Of a DNA stretch of 64,000 nucleotides, positions 1 through 35,727 are shown in pieces. Source of the stretch: Amoebidium appalachense (taxonomy: Eukaryota > Protista > Ichthyosporea). Numbering within the stretch: the first letter of the stretch is position 1; every line of letters starts with the position of its first letter. Where the stretch lies: assembly GCA_963693365.1 (NCBI GenBank), contig CAVNZM010000002.1, positions 3,302,259-3,366,258 on the forward strand. The letters are read 5' to 3'. The position numbers and the translations under genes are program-made. The notes below the pieces were generated by a model. It did not search any database. It was not told where the DNA came from and was given only the letters and a program-made list of their open reading frames with translations.

Positions 1-2
1 CT

Positions 3-167
3 GCAGAACGTGATAGCGTAGATTTCAACCCGGATGTTGATGGTGAAGTTGCCCCGGAGGGCGTGGGAGAAGCCCCCCCGGCCGGTGAGGGTTCTGCAGA
101 TTCGTTGGGTGCCGGCCCGGAGGAAGCACCGGCTGAACTGACTGCGGAAGATTTTGCTCTTGAGTAG
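3..167 (+). CDS. 3' end (last coding exon) of an unidentified gene, acidic low-complexity C-terminus
   Basis: Open GC-rich frame from the window edge, AERDSVDFNPDVDGEVAPEGVGEAPPAGEGSADSLGAGPEEAPAELTAEDFALE*, with TAG at 165-167, followed by an abrupt switch to AT-rich 3'UTR-like sequence. Confidence 0.6.
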   Translation, partial: AERDSVDFNPDVDGEVAPEGVGEAPPAGEGSADSLGAGPEEAPAELTAEDFALE

Positions 168-612
168 TTTGCTTATAATATGCTGCAGCATAAAAGGTTG
201 TAAAAGCCCTAACTTGTTAATAATTTTAGGGATGAATAAGATTGTTTTATGAGTTAACAGGTGGATGTGTGTGTGGTCGTTCTGCTTCATTATGGGCTTT
301 ACATATATATACATGTGGTAATCTTCGTCGGCAAAGCATGATATTGATTTCCCTAAGAATAGTTATTGATGATTGGGTTCGCATATTAATCATTAGTAAT
401 ACTGCATATTAAACATAAAGTGTGACGTGGCCGCCGGACTGTAACAGTTGTGAACGGGAGGTCTTAGGGTACTGTTCCCACAGCATATTTAGCTAGCAGA
501 ACCCAAAGTAGATCATCGTGGTTTTTGATAAAATATATGATGTGTGCGATCACATGTGCACACATCCACAGAAGCCTTAAATCAGGACTGGCATGGAAGG
601 TGTAGTTTTTGG

Positions 613-1760
<1,148 letters not shown>

Positions 1761-2815
1761 TTGCAGAATTTTAAAGCTCTTCGGAGAATTAGGCCTGGTG
1801 GGAGGGGCTGGGGGAGGAGGGGTTTGGATTGGTTGGTCGGCTAGACGATAGACGAGAACCAAGAATCTGATCAGTGGCACGTAAGCACGTTTGCCATACG
1901 ACGAATAAACACGAAGATGAACTAATATAATAGCCATCTAGAGCGGACTCATTGTATACCCGTGGGGCCCGGGATGCCTCAATCAGGACTCAGACTGTTT
2001 ATGTAAAATGTCAACAGGCCATAGGCCGATTATCTTTGTACAGAATGCTCGCTTCTCAATGCACCATGATATGTATCGACAAAACGTAGCTAAGACACAT
2101 AAATATCGACATAAGGGTATGGGAGAGACACACCCTTTTATAGTTGCTATTCAGAAAGTGTACCTACTTACGTAAGCAAGGGGAGGGGGGGAAGGGGGGT
2201 GGGGGGGTTACCCCTGGGTGAATGTCAATGGCATTGCACTCTAAACTCTGCTGAATGCGGTATCGACTATAAGATCCTAAATATGCCCTGGGCTGATGTG
2301 CGCGTGAGGCCAAGACACCAGAGCTATTTAAAGGGAGGCTGCAATTCTCTCCACTATACCTACTACCCAATAGAAATCGAGCAAAGTTCCCCTATAAAAC
2401 CACACACACATGACACGACATCTTACTGTCTATACCATTCTACATCTACACTACCCAAAGTCCTACACTCTTCCTGAATGTTGCAGGCTCGATGTGCTCC
2501 CTCTACGGTTGATTTGTGATTGGCCCTGCATTGATCTGTTGCTAAGCAAATCCGGGACCTGGCTACTCGACAACCCATAAATCACCGAATCGGGGACAGC
2601 CGCGTTCTTCGAAACTCCTCCACCAATCACAACGTCCAAACCACCGGCGTACTGGTTGCCGATTGGCCGATTACGCCGCCGGCGGCCCGCTAATCTGAAT
2701 GACGTTGTTCATATTACCGCCCATTCCGCCAACTAGCGGAATGCCTGTGGACGATAGTTCTACTGTTTTTAGATTTGGCGTATTGGAAGAAGAATTGCGT
2801 CGAATTTGCTTACTA

Positions 2816-17155
<14,340 letters not shown>

Positions 17156-17292
17156 TCTTGTGTAACATGAAAGAACATGTGCGGTGATGGAAATGTCATG
17201 TTAGCATTTGTGTTTGTATTCTTTGTGTGCGTGTGTGTGCGTACGTGTGTGTGCAGTGTATGTATGTATACTTGGTTTTGTGTTTGTGTTAG

Positions 17293-17325
<33 letters not shown>

Positions 17326-18554
17326 AAGTGTATATACGCGCGTTCCCTTGGTCCTGAGACTTATAGGGCTCATAAACTGCGTGGATGTATGCCTAAAAAG
17401 GTAGCCCCAGGCAAGCCTCAATGCCGAGTATATGTTTCTCAAATCAACCACAAGCTTGCTGTTCTAACCAGAATCCTCCATACAATGGGTCCAAAAGGAG
17501 AACTAAAACGCAAATCACTGAGAATGAAACTTCCTCGGTTAGGAGCTCCAACTAAGACGGACACTCATCACAATCCTATGATGCATTTCGGATGTTCGAC
17601 AAGGAGACGTGACTCTTTGCCAGAGCTGAAGGGACAGTTTGTGAGTTGTGGTGACTTGTGACGCTCGCAGAGAGCCTGAGGAGCCTGGGTTCGAAATCGA
17701 TGAACAGATGACTGCGGATCTGAAACATTCTTTTGCTTGCTTAGGAAACTAAAAGGGGCTGGTAGAAAACTCTCTCATACCAAGCGATTTGTAAAGGATA
17801 ATGATGCATAGACTACGTGATAAGAGTATTACAGCTGAGGCATCAAGCACGTCAACAGTGGATAATCAGCCGTGGGTCACAATTTCAAGTGCTGGAAGCA
17901 AAGCATTCCAAACATTCTGAAGGCATTTATTCTGAAATAACGCATGCTCATTGGGTGCTGTAGATAAAACGCTCCATACGTAGGCCGGGATGGGCCGCTG
18001 CCGACGATCGAAATGGAAAAGACCACTCTTTACGCAAACATGCTGGACCCTTTGGTGCTACAAAAACTCTTTTAATTGTTGTTTATATGTCGATGGACAC
18101 TTTTCTTTTCCCCAATGAACGCGAGTCACGCAACAAAAGTATGAAACCACGGCGCACGGCCAGTTTTGGGCATCACATTCCACAAATTCCAAGGGGAAAA
18201 AACTAAGTAATAGCTTTATATAGCTATACTGTGAAATTCATGATTGGGTAACTTTATCCGCAAGCGCGTGAGCATCGCGTCCACGTGATCACAATGATGC
18301 GATGCACACACGACAGCACGACGGCTACCTTGAGCAGGAGCTGTTCAACGTTCAATTTTTTTTTTCTTTTTTTTTTTTTAAATGCATGTCAATAATAAAG
18401 AGCAACGCATTCCCCCCTACGGCCACTGTGTTCTTTTATTACCAATATATACCAGCTATTGCCTTTGCCACAGTGTTCATATATCTTAGAGTAACAGTGG
18501 TGGGTTGAAGATTATTCGCAACTTGAACGTGGGTGAGTGGCTGTCGTTTCAACT
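17156..18554. promoter_or_regulatory. Putative divergent (bidirectional) promoter region between the prominin-like and SMYD-like genes
   Basis: Head-to-head gene arrangement with mostly microsatellite-poor unique sequence. May also contain the unidentified first prominin exon. Confidence 0.35.
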
Positions 18555-24870
<6,316 letters not shown>

Positions 24871-26033
24871 TGTTGTTCTTTGCTGCGGTCTTTCTGTGTT
24901 CAAAGTGGGACCAAATTCTTTTTTACTCGAGAAATGATTGGTTTGTGGGGTGTGTGCGCCCGTGTGGGTCGCCGGTTTTTTTTTTTTTTTTTTTTTTCTT
25001 TGTTGGGGGGGAGGGGGGAGGGGGGAGGGGGGATGGGATCTATCAAGGATACACCCAACCTTTCTGTCCATATTTTGCCATTCCATTTTTGTTGATTATT
25101 TTAGTTATATGTTTATATTTTAGTTTTTTAATGGTGGTGGTGGTGGGGATTTGCCCGAGAAATTCGAGTACTTAATACTACTTATGTACATTCCACCCCT
25201 TTATTATTGCAGTTCAGGCCACAGACCTATTTAAGGCTGTAATGTTGATACGCCTACCTGTTTCTGAATTCTGGATTTTTCGTGCTGTGGTTAGCCCTCA
25301 CCGGGGTGCACTGAACATAGCTTTGTACATTTGCTGTGGAGGTGTCGAGTGTAAATGAAACGAGAATTGTAGAATAGACAAGCTGATCTGATGTAGCCTG
25401 GTGCTAAAACAGAACAAACCATGAAATGGACTTTTCCCAAAACTCTCAGCCACACATCTAAGCGCTACGACACATAACAAGATGAGGCGGGCAATAAATT
25501 GCTCGTATTTATTGCAGTCTTTTTAAGCGCCAGAACTGCTTATCAAAAATAAAAGGGTATGCAGGGCCAAGCGCTTGTCTTATTGTGGAGTGCTAGTTCT
25601 GCCCAACTTAAGTCCGTGTTTCAGAATTTGGAGCTCTAGAGAACATCTATGAGGGATAGCTAACTCTGCTGTGCTGCAAGCGTTCTGTGTCATCTGAACG
25701 TATTGCTCTGTTAGAAAAATACAACGTCATTTCAAATCAACAATGAACAATAATATTTACACGTTTAAAGAATGACATAATTTGTACAACAAAGTGGCCT
25801 AGCAGTTACGACCCTAAACTACAAGAGGAACTTCACAACATGGGACACTCACATTCCAATCGCTAATTCACAGACCCAAACCAAAACGTGTGCTTCCAAA
25901 CCAGCTTTGCCCTGGCGATTTCGCACTGCCGAGAGCCTGCAGAGACACCTTTGCTATACCATGTATTCCGTTTCAGGTTACCATCAACTGCCTCCACCGC
26001 CATCCCACCCTTCGTTGAAAACCTTTCCGAAAA

Positions 26034-26414
26034 TTATTTCCTACCTGTCTTCACGCTGAAGCCCTGCATTTCAGCCTGATAACACTGTATGCTCTCAGCA
26101 AAATCTCCACCACAACACAGACACATTCCTGCAATCGTTGGCGCGGGAAGGGTCATCCCACAGTTCTGGCAAAACTGCAGGTCTGGGTATGTTGGATTGT
26201 GTACCAGGTTCCTCGTTTCCACACTCATAACATCGTGATATTGTGGTGGTGTTGATGTGTACGCGGGTGCGGGCAGATGTATTGTTGGGGGAGCGGGTGT
26301 AGCTTGTGCTGAGCGGGAGGAGCGAAGGAAAAGGTCAACGTAGGCAGGTAGCCCCTGTGCGTCCCGCGGGGCTTGGTGCCTTTCGATTTCGCGCTGTGGC
26401 GTAGCCATGTTCAT
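26034..26414 (-). CDS. Small hypothetical protein with PY-type motifs and a C-terminal zinc ribbon
   Basis: ORF in non-repetitive sequence, MNMATPQREIERHQ...LPAY...PAPAY..PPQY...FCQNCG.....GMCLCCGG. Divergent from plastin. The true 3' end is uncertain because a possible donor G|GTAGGA lies at about 26045. Confidence 0.6.
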   Translation of the reverse strand: MNMATPQREIERHQAPRDAQGLPAYVDLFLRSSRSAQATPAPPTIHLPAPAYTSTPPQYHDVMSVETRNLVHNPTYPDLQFCQNCGMTLPAPTIAGMCLCCGGDFAESIQCYQAEMQGFSVKTGRK

Positions 26415-27234
26415 CACAAAAGTTGTTTTCTTCCTTTTCCGTATCGATGCCAGGGTGAAAGACTGAAATCATAAAGGAATGGAATTCGGAGTACAGTGAG
26501 TATTGTGCATGACGTCATCCGGGGAACCGAAAAATTTCAAAATCACGAGATTCAATATGTGTTTACCAAGTCTAATTTTTTAGAATACACAGACTTGTCC
26601 CAGTTGTATCAAGAAAATGAAAATGTTAAAGCAACAAAACTAACTATATGCAGAAAAAGAAAATATAGGCGTTCCTGTAACATACCGCAAGCACCCCCAG
26701 AGAGTGGCGTGCGACTCGTGCGGCCTGACAGATCTCAAAATACACCTGCCTTATTAGGCAACCGGGAAAATGAACGGCATCCTGGCATGAACACAAATGG
26801 GGAAAATACAGTATATTTGCAGAAACCACAACCGTCTAAACACATAAAAACTTGTTTATTAGATATAGTCATCAAAAAAGACGCATTTGCTTAAAGAATC
26901 TTTTATTTCCCTCGTTCAAAGTCATATACCAAGACTTCACAGTGCTTTTTGCCCACCTCAACCCACGCTCTTTTGATTGGCCACAAATCAATTGCCGCCG
27001 GCTTCAAGTTTCTTTGCTTCAAACTTGCGACCACATTCCTGAACTTCGCATGCACCGTTTTGACACCTCTCATGTTTGCGGGATTTTGTTTGCTTTACTT
27101 GCACCCACTTTCAGTTTTCACCTTCATTCTTTCACTGTACGTAGAAGGAATATAAGTGTAAGAAAGGATAAAAGTAGGGAACCTTACTGCTTTATCTATA
27201 TACAGCCCTTCTCTCTGTTTGCAAGAGCTCGACC
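26415..27234. promoter_or_regulatory. Putative bidirectional promoter (PY/zinc-ribbon gene and plastin) with a CRE-like palindrome
   Basis: Head-to-head start codons 820 bp apart; ATGACGTCAT palindrome at 26509-26518; possible plastin 5'UTR intron gtacgt (27137) to tttgcaag (27225). Confidence 0.35.
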
Positions 27235-28043
27235 ATGGCAGCTTCCATGACCCCCGAAGAGCTCGAGGAGCTGCGTGATGCCTTCGGTAGGAACCAGGCA
27301 AAAACAACAGAACGGCGTTCATACAATGCGATTTCTTAATTCTGGAAAGGGGAAGAACCTAATTTTTGTGTCTCTCTTGCTCTGCACCACCATGCATAAT
27401 TGACAGTGTGGCAGACCTCATGAGAGCAAAGTGTTGTGCCAGATCCTGTGCCAGATCTCACGAGCACATTCCTGGTTGTTTATACTTTCATCATCATCTG
27501 TTCTGTCAGCCTTTAAGTCTTTTTTTTTATATTCGAACACTAGCAGGTCTTTCGCTCCTGGGCAGACATAAAACCTCTTTCCCCTTGGCCACAGGGCTCT
27601 CTTCACGGTGCTCTAGAGCTCTCAAAGTTTGTTCCTGTCTGCGACACTCTGGCTCTGTTTGCTCACTGCTTTTCCTCAAACCGTGGTTGATTTTTGTGCT
27701 TCTTCTGTCGATCCTTAAGTTTAGTCCCTCCTGCTGTTTCCCTAGAGTCCCCCCCTCCCACCCCCACCCTCACCCCCACCCTTCACCCTCTTCTTTCCCA
27801 TTCTTTTTCCCTCCTCCCTCCCCCTCTCCCCCCCATCAACACGCTCTCACACATCCTTTCGGTCTTTATTCTGAAAAATGCATACTTAATCCCCCTCGAG
27901 GTATATTGCCCTATCCCCCCCTCCCCCCGCCCTGCTCCCCCGCCCCCTCATACTTCTTCCGCACCTTCAGGAACAGACACGTACGTCCCAGACCTCCCCC
28001 CCTTCTCCCTTGAGCCCCCACGCCGAGGACCCCCTTCCTCACT

Positions 28044-28084
<41 letters not shown>

Positions 28085-28628
28085 TCCTCCCCCCTCAACA
28101 CACACACACACACACACACACGAGCGCCTACGTACGCACCTCCCCCTCTCCCCCTCCCCCTTCTTCACCCCCCTCGCCCGCCTCCATTGCACCATTCAGC
28201 CCTTCTATGCCCGACAGCCACCTCCCCCCCCCCCCCCCCCCCCCCCCCCAACAAATAACCACCACTGCGGTCGGCCCTCTGTTCCCGACCTACTCTCATT
28301 TTTTTTTTTCCTTACGCCCACGCAGAGAAATTCGACATCAACAAGAATGGCAAGATCAGCACCGACGAGGTTGTGGAGGCGCTTGCCGAGGCCGGGGAGA
28401 AGGTGCCCGGCTACAAGGCCAGAATCATGATGCAGGAGGTGGACACGGACAGGGACGGTGCAATCAACTTTGATGAGTTTGTGGCGGTAGGTGGTTTGTG
28501 TTTGTGTGTAGTGTGTATGTTTGTGGGGGGGGGGGGGGGGGGGGAGGGGGGGGGGTTCAAGATTTTTCTTTCTTTCTTTGGGGGGGGGGGGGGGGAGGGG
28601 GGTACAGCATCTATTCACTTTTTTTTTT

Positions 28629-28659
<31 letters not shown>

Positions 28660-28883
28660 GGGGGGGCTCTGTCTGTGTACATGAACATGTACACACAGGG
28701 CGAGATCAAGTACCAAGGGGGCTGAGGTTCGTTTAAAACAGTGGGTGAGGCACCGGGAGAGGAGGGGGGGGGGGGGGGGAGGGGGGGTCGTTATCTACTT
28801 TTCACTTCAATAATGTAGCTGAAGGGAAGGTGAGAGATGAATCCTGATGAGTTGGCAGTACGCGGTTTGGGCCCGGCCAACAA

Positions 28884-28917
<34 letters not shown>

Positions 28918-29176
28918 CTATGGATTATGGTAAAACAGTACATTATAGGGAAACTTTTGTACACTTCCTCGGCAATGACCAGTCTTGTCTGGTTTGCAGA
29001 TGTTCACGGACATTCGCAAGGCCAAGGACAAGGGGTTCACCAAGGCCGTCAAGCAAGTGGGCGATAAGGTCAAGTCGTTTGCTGGCTCGGAGGCATCGGC
29101 AGACGGCACAACACACTCCATGGCTGACGATGAGAGGGCCGCTTTCACTGACTGGTGCGTGTGTGGGTGTGTTTGT

Positions 29177-29208
<32 letters not shown>

Positions 29209-29506
29209 TCGACAGGAGGTGGTGGTGTGGGGGTGAGGGAGGGGGGGGGGGGATGGGTTGAGGGGACACTGTGTGATGGATTTAATTTGGGGAGAGAAGG
29301 TTTAAAGGGGCAGGGAGCAGGTCTATGGGTGTGTGTGTAGATGCGCGGGGGGGGTAATTCCTGGATGGAGACGGTTGTGTGTGAGGAGGAATTATTATTG
29401 AGATGAGAGGTGAGGGGAATAGGAGGAGGTGTTAAATGGGACACAAAGGGAGCTCGCTCCTTGGTTGGCACATGGGGCTTTCTCTTAAGTTCATGAAAGC
29501 TCCGTA

Positions 29507-29551
<45 letters not shown>

Positions 29552-30039
29552 TTTGTTTGTTTGTTTGTTTTTTTCTTTTTTTCTTTTGTTTTTTTTTAAG
29601 GGATGGGGGGAGGGGGGGTTGTATGATGGTGGTTGTTTGCGTGTGTAAAGGAATTGGGGGTTTTTTTTTTTGGGGGGGGGGGGGGTTTAAGGATATGAAA
29701 GAGGGTGTTACACATATCAGGTGCTGCACGTGCCGACAGTTCTTCTGTTCTTCTGTTTTGCTTCCTGACCTTGTGCGCTTTTCTCCTTAGGGTCAACTAC
29801 TCTCTGAGCTCCGACTCCGATCTCAAGGGCATGGGGATTGTGCCTGTGTCCGACAACGACCATGGCCTGTTCGACGCCTGCAACAACGGCCTGTTGCTGG
29901 CGTACGTGCTTTATTATAATTAACCATAATTTTATAATTTTGTTTACTTTTGCACATGCTTTGTTGTTATGGTTTTGCGTAGAAAAGTGGTGGTGTGGTG
30001 TGAGAAACTGCGGAAAGGAGATGTTGGGACAGGGGGAGA

Positions 30040-30074
<35 letters not shown>

Positions 30075-30206
30075 TCTGTCATAGAGGCCAAACGAAAAGA
30101 TAACCTAGAGTATGCCCGATCAACACTGCAAATCTTGTTGGGTTTATCATGATCGCTCCTTTCCAGGGCGCTGCACTTTTTTTCTATGTTAAACAGGTTT
30201 TTTTTT

Positions 30207-30237
<31 letters not shown>

Positions 30238-30769
30238 GGGTTGCATGTATGGGGAGGAGGCAAAGGGGCAGGAAGGAATAAGATTGCGGGGGAAGAAGAG
30301 GAATGGCAGTCACCATATGCACCTATGTGCATTGTTATGTTGGTTGTTGATCGGAGGGTAGGGCTGAACGGGGAACCAATGACCACGCAGGAAACTGATC
30401 AACATATCCGTACCCGAGACTATTGACGAGCGGGCCCTGAACAAGAAGAAGCTGACCATCTACACCATTCTGGAGAACCAGGTGTGTGACCTGAAAATAT
30501 TTCAACTTTTAGAGCAGATTCTTTTGTGGGATGTGACAATGAAGAGAGAAAAATCGAAGAGTTAAAGTTATGATTATTCACTTTTGGGAGGCAAAAATGA
30601 AAGGGGATAGGGGGGGAGGGGGGGGGGGGGGGTGTGTCAAATGATGTTTCTGTAAACACTTGTTCTTGTCTGCCTTTTCCTTTATTATACTTTTTTTTTT
30701 TTTTTTTTGGTTCCTTTAGTCTTTCCCTTAGAACACAGGGAGTGTTGTTCTTCGTACTCTATATCGTAT

Positions 30770-30803
<34 letters not shown>

Positions 30804-31896
30804 TCCCGGCCCTTCATTTTTTCCCCCTTTTTTGTTTCCCCCTGACCATGTATAACACATTTTACCCCCCCCCCCCCCCCCCCCCCCCCCTTCTTTTTTT
30901 TCCCCTATTTTCTTTCGTTTCCCCCTCTGACCATGTATACACCACAGACGCTAGTGATCAACTCAGCCAAGGCCATAGGCTGCAACATTGTCAACATTGG
31001 CGCCCAGGACCTTGTCGATGGAACCCCCCACCTGTGTCTGGGCCTCATCTGGCAGATCATTCGTGTATGTTGACCCCTCCCCCCCCCCTGACCCCCCCCC
31101 ACCCCCCCCCCCCCCTCCCCTTCCGGAGGATAAACTCTGCTTATGATGCATGGTTTTTTGTGTTGTCCATTGCGTATGTGCACTTCACACCCCATATCGC
31201 ATTTTGAAATTCCTCTCCCCCCCCCCCCTCCCCCCTCCCCCCCCCCCCCCCCCCCCCTCTTGCCCCTCCCTGCCTGGCTTCCCCACCCTGCAGCTGGTTT
31301 TTGCCAGATGCTTTGAATGGTCTGTACCTAAAAACACGTCTGTCTTTCTCTCTGTCTGAAATTACCCACACACCAGGAGACATATACAACATGTGCACCA
31401 TGCCGTGTATCTCAGCCTTCCCTTTCCAAGCACGCACACACACAGACGCGCAACAACACAGTCACACATGCACCATGCATGTGCCGAGACACTGTGTCAC
31501 GCTCACACAAACACACACATGCATGCGCACGTATACACACATAGACACATACACGCACACGCACACTGATTCTCACGTGCACACACACGTACACAGATTG
31601 GGCTGCTAGCCAAGGTCAGTCTCAAGGCATGCCCCAACCTTGCCCGGCTGCTGGAGGGAGACGAGACTTTGGCTCAGCTACTGGGTCTGCCTGCCGAACA
31701 GGTACGTGTTTGTGTAGGTGGAAAGGGTGGGGGGGGGGGGGTTATAAAAGTGTTGGTTTGTCAATGTCAGTGGCGTAGATGATCGTTGGTAGTTGAATTG
31801 TGGTTGGTTTTGGTCTCTTTTTTAGGGGGGTTTTCTTTTTTTTTTTCCCATTATTATTGTTTGTTTGTTTGTTTTTTTTTTGTTTTTTTTTTTTTT

Positions 31897-31927
<31 letters not shown>

Positions 31928-32343
31928 GGCACATACAGGATTGCCAATGTTTCAGTGATATAGGCGCAGGGTTGAGCTGATACAACGTGTGTGGATAGGG
32001 GAGTGTTTGCCTCTGCATGTCGTGATTTACCCATGACATACACCGGAAACCCTAATTTACACGAAAATAGTAGGCAAAGCTACCGGGGGGGGGGGGGGGG
32101 GGGGGATTATCTTCTTTTAGCCCCCTTCTTCCCCCGCAAACCAACATCATTGCCTTGGGCGAGGGGCAGATATGCATGCACCGAAAGAGGGAGGGTTTTC
32201 CTAATCGCACTACTTCTTTCTTCTTCTCCCTACCTTCTCTTTGCCCTGCCGTTTGCTCTCTCTCTCCCCTTCCCCTCTCTCGCTCTGTCCCTCTTACTCT
32301 GCTTCATTTGCTGTAGTCTTAGGGGAGACCACCCCCACTCCCC

Positions 32344-32386
<43 letters not shown>

Positions 32387-33934
32387 AAAACAAATGTAGT
32401 AGCTAACATTAAATATTTCCAGATTCTGCTGCGCTGGTTCAACTACCACCTGCGTGAGGCCGGGCACCCACGTCGTGTGGCCAATTTCTCAGGGGACATC
32501 AAGGACTCAGAGTGCTACACGATTCTGCTCAAGCAGGTAACCCACTGTTTGCACGTGTGGTGGTGGTCTGTTGTGTTATGATTTGTGTGCGTGTATGTGT
32601 CTGTGTGTGTGGGAAACACACATGCTTGCACATGCTCATGTCAGGACAACCTCATTGCCCATACCTACATCCCCCCCCCCCCCCCCCCCCCCGCCCGCCC
32701 TCGTCCTTCCCAAGCAGTATCTGAGCTGGGTTTCGTCGACTAGGTGATTGGTTCCAAACTTGGGTCTTGTGGATGGCTTGGCTTCCCCTTCTAACTGCTT
32801 ATTATGCATTACATAGTGTGGCTTGCACTCTGCATGTTGTTTTCCGTCATGGATGTGTACGTTGTGCTCTATAACGCACTCTAAACCCTCCTCATCCCCA
32901 CTTTCTGTCATCTCTATATATATATATATATCTCTCTCTCTCTCTCTCTCACCCCCTCCCAGCCCCCCCACACACACCACCCCCGAACCCCCCCCCCCCC
33001 CCCATGTTTCACCATTTTGCATCCCTCCCTAACGGACCTTTGTTACCACCACACAGATAGCACCGCGCAACCTTGGTGTGAGCGATGCACCTCTGTGTGA
33101 GAAGGACGAACTCAAGAGGGCCGAACTGATGCTGCAGAATGCGGAGAAGATGAACTGCAGACGTTTCGTCAAACCCAGAGATGTCGTTAATGTATTTATC
33201 TTCCCTCCCCCCCCCCCCCCGTGGGGGGCATTGGGGCTCCCCACACTGCGCCGATGGACTGGTTTCGGATTGACAGTCCATCGGAGCTCCGATTGACCAC
33301 ACTCGACCATATTTGGGTTTTTCGCAAGTCCATCCGATCGGAGCGTCCAGACTGGTCACGGATTGACGGCAACACTGGCGCTGTATTCAACATATTTTAT
33401 AACGCTAGCGTACATATACTCTATAATATTTGTACATTATTTTTAATTTAAATATTTAAATAAGAAGAGGTGCTGTAGCTGACATGCTGCACGTCCAAAA
33501 AATATCAAAACTAATTAGTATGCAAGTATCTACGGGTTGTTAAGTCTAGGATGCCTAACGCGCGGTCCATTTTTGGCTATTTTCTTTGCAATTAGTTAAT
33601 TGGTAAGTGCGAATAGACCAATTTGGTAAAGTACGGGATGATTGTTTCACATTTTGCGCTGAACGTCAATCCGGGCCCGGATTGAAACGCCCATAGACTG
33701 GCAGTTAATCCGGGAGTCAATCCAAATCGGATTGACTTCGAATTAACTGGGTTCGGGCAAATTTGGCAAGCGCTGTCCATCGGACTTAATGTGGACGCCA
33801 GAGCGATTGGACTCCGATCCAAAATAGGCAAATTTGGTCAGTTCGGAGCGTCAATCGGCGCAGTGTGGACAGCCCCATTATCTCTTTTGGTGGTTTTTCG
33901 ACATTTCTACTTCCATGGTTGCACCCTAATGCAT

Positions 33935-33965
<31 letters not shown>

Positions 33966-34086
33966 ACAAAAAAAAAAAAAACCGTTCTGCTTATTACGTG
34001 TATTCTCTCTGTGTGGTTCGGACTCTGTGTTTTGTCGGTTTTAAATGTGTACTTCGTGCTTTACTTAGTGCTTTTATGTCGCATTA

Positions 34087-34121
<35 letters not shown>

Positions 34122-34575
34122 CCCCCCTCCCCCCGTACAACTCCTGTCCTTCACATCCTTTGTTTGGGTTACGGTTTTAGGTGTGTTCTTGGTTTTTCTT
34201 TCTGACGTACGGGGGTGCACACGCACACGCACACGCACACACACACACTGACCTTCACATGCACGTGCAGGGGCACCCCAAGCTTAACCTTGCGTTTGTG
34301 GCCAACCTGTTCAACATGTACCCGGCACTGGAGCCCATGGAGGAGGCCGTGGAGGAGATCATCGAGGAGACACGGGAGGAGAAAAGTACGTGCGTGTGGG
34401 TGTGTGGGTGTGGGGTGGGTGGGGGAGGAGGACTACAGGCATGCAAAGAGGGGTATCAATAGTTTGCCATGGCTTACTTGCCCTTTCATGCCTCTTTGCC
34501 CTTGCATTTGTTCAAAACCAATATGAACAAACAATATGGAACCCCTCCCCCCCCCCCCCCCCCCCCCCTCTCCCG

Positions 34576-34606
<31 letters not shown>

Positions 34607-34787
34607 AACACACCCCAAGAAAAAATAAGAAACAAAAGAAAAGGCAGTATATGAAACGAAAGAAGGTACGTGGGGTTGACGAATTTCTCACTCCACCTTT
34701 TTGTTTTGCACGTTTTAACGAAATCTCCTTTCTCCCCCTCTTCCCCCTCCCTCCCTTTCCCATCCCACCCTGTCATCCCCCCTTGCT

Positions 34788-34869
<82 letters not shown>

Positions 34870-35675
34870 CGCACACACACACAGCGTTCCGCAACTGGAT
34901 GAACAGTCTGGGTGTCAATCCGTTCGTCAACAATCTGTACCAAGACCTTCACGACGGCCTTGTGCTGATCCAGCTGTTCGATAAGGTGTGTGTGTGTGTG
35001 TGTCGTGTGTGTGTGTGTGTCTCTGCATGTGTCTGGATCCGGATCTGGATCTGTTTGTGTCTTTGTGTCTGCCACACATACGCCGAATAAGACCCCATCA
35101 TCTCCAATTCCATGCCCTACGCACAAATATCCCACCCTACTCCAAAGAGTTTCCACAGTCATCATCCAATCAGAACCCATTAATACCAACCCCCTTTCAA
35201 AGAAAAATGCTCACACACACACACCAACATTCCCCCTCCCTCCGCCACCTGCCCACCCACTCACCTACCCACCCACCACCACTACTTCGCCACCATCATT
35301 CTCAGACGATCCACCCATCCTCATTCCCCTCACCCCCCCCCCCCCCCCCCCCCCATTCCCCCCTCCCCCCCCCCCCCCCCCCCCCCTCCACACACCAACC
35401 TCACACACACCCCCACACAGGTATACCCAGGCTACGTCGAGTGGAACCGCGTCAACCAACCACCTTTCAAGGCCATGAGTGCAATCATGAAGAAGATTGA
35501 AAACTGCAACTACGCAATGGAATTGGGCAAAGGGAAGAAGTTCAGTCTGGTCGGGATTGACGGGAAGGATATTTTTGACGGCAACAGGACACTCACCCTG
35601 GCAATCATCTGGCAGCTTATGCGTGCATACACACTCGAGGTGAGTTGTATGCGGGTGTAGGGGGAACGGGTGTGT

Positions 35676-35727
<52 letters not shown>

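Noticed and set aside
1820-1996. Additional intergenic copy of the intronic repeat family on the minus strand
   Set aside because: Only the first (TCTGAGT) and last (CCAAACCCC) words match and the core does not align convincingly.
17340-17600. First (signal-peptide) exon of the prominin-like gene
   Set aside because: A hydrophobic stretch (SVICVLVLLL) is present, but I found no ATG and donor combination that splices in frame to 17156, so it is left unassigned.
26496-27250. Two 132-aa ORFs upstream of plastin
   Set aside because: Non-ATG starts, AT-rich promoter/5'UTR context and no recognisable motifs.
28843-28885. Hammerhead ribozyme at CTGATGA-GTTGGC...GCCAAC
   Set aside because: A stem-II-like pairing exists, but it is followed by AAGGGG instead of GAAA and no stem III or cleavage triplet is evident.
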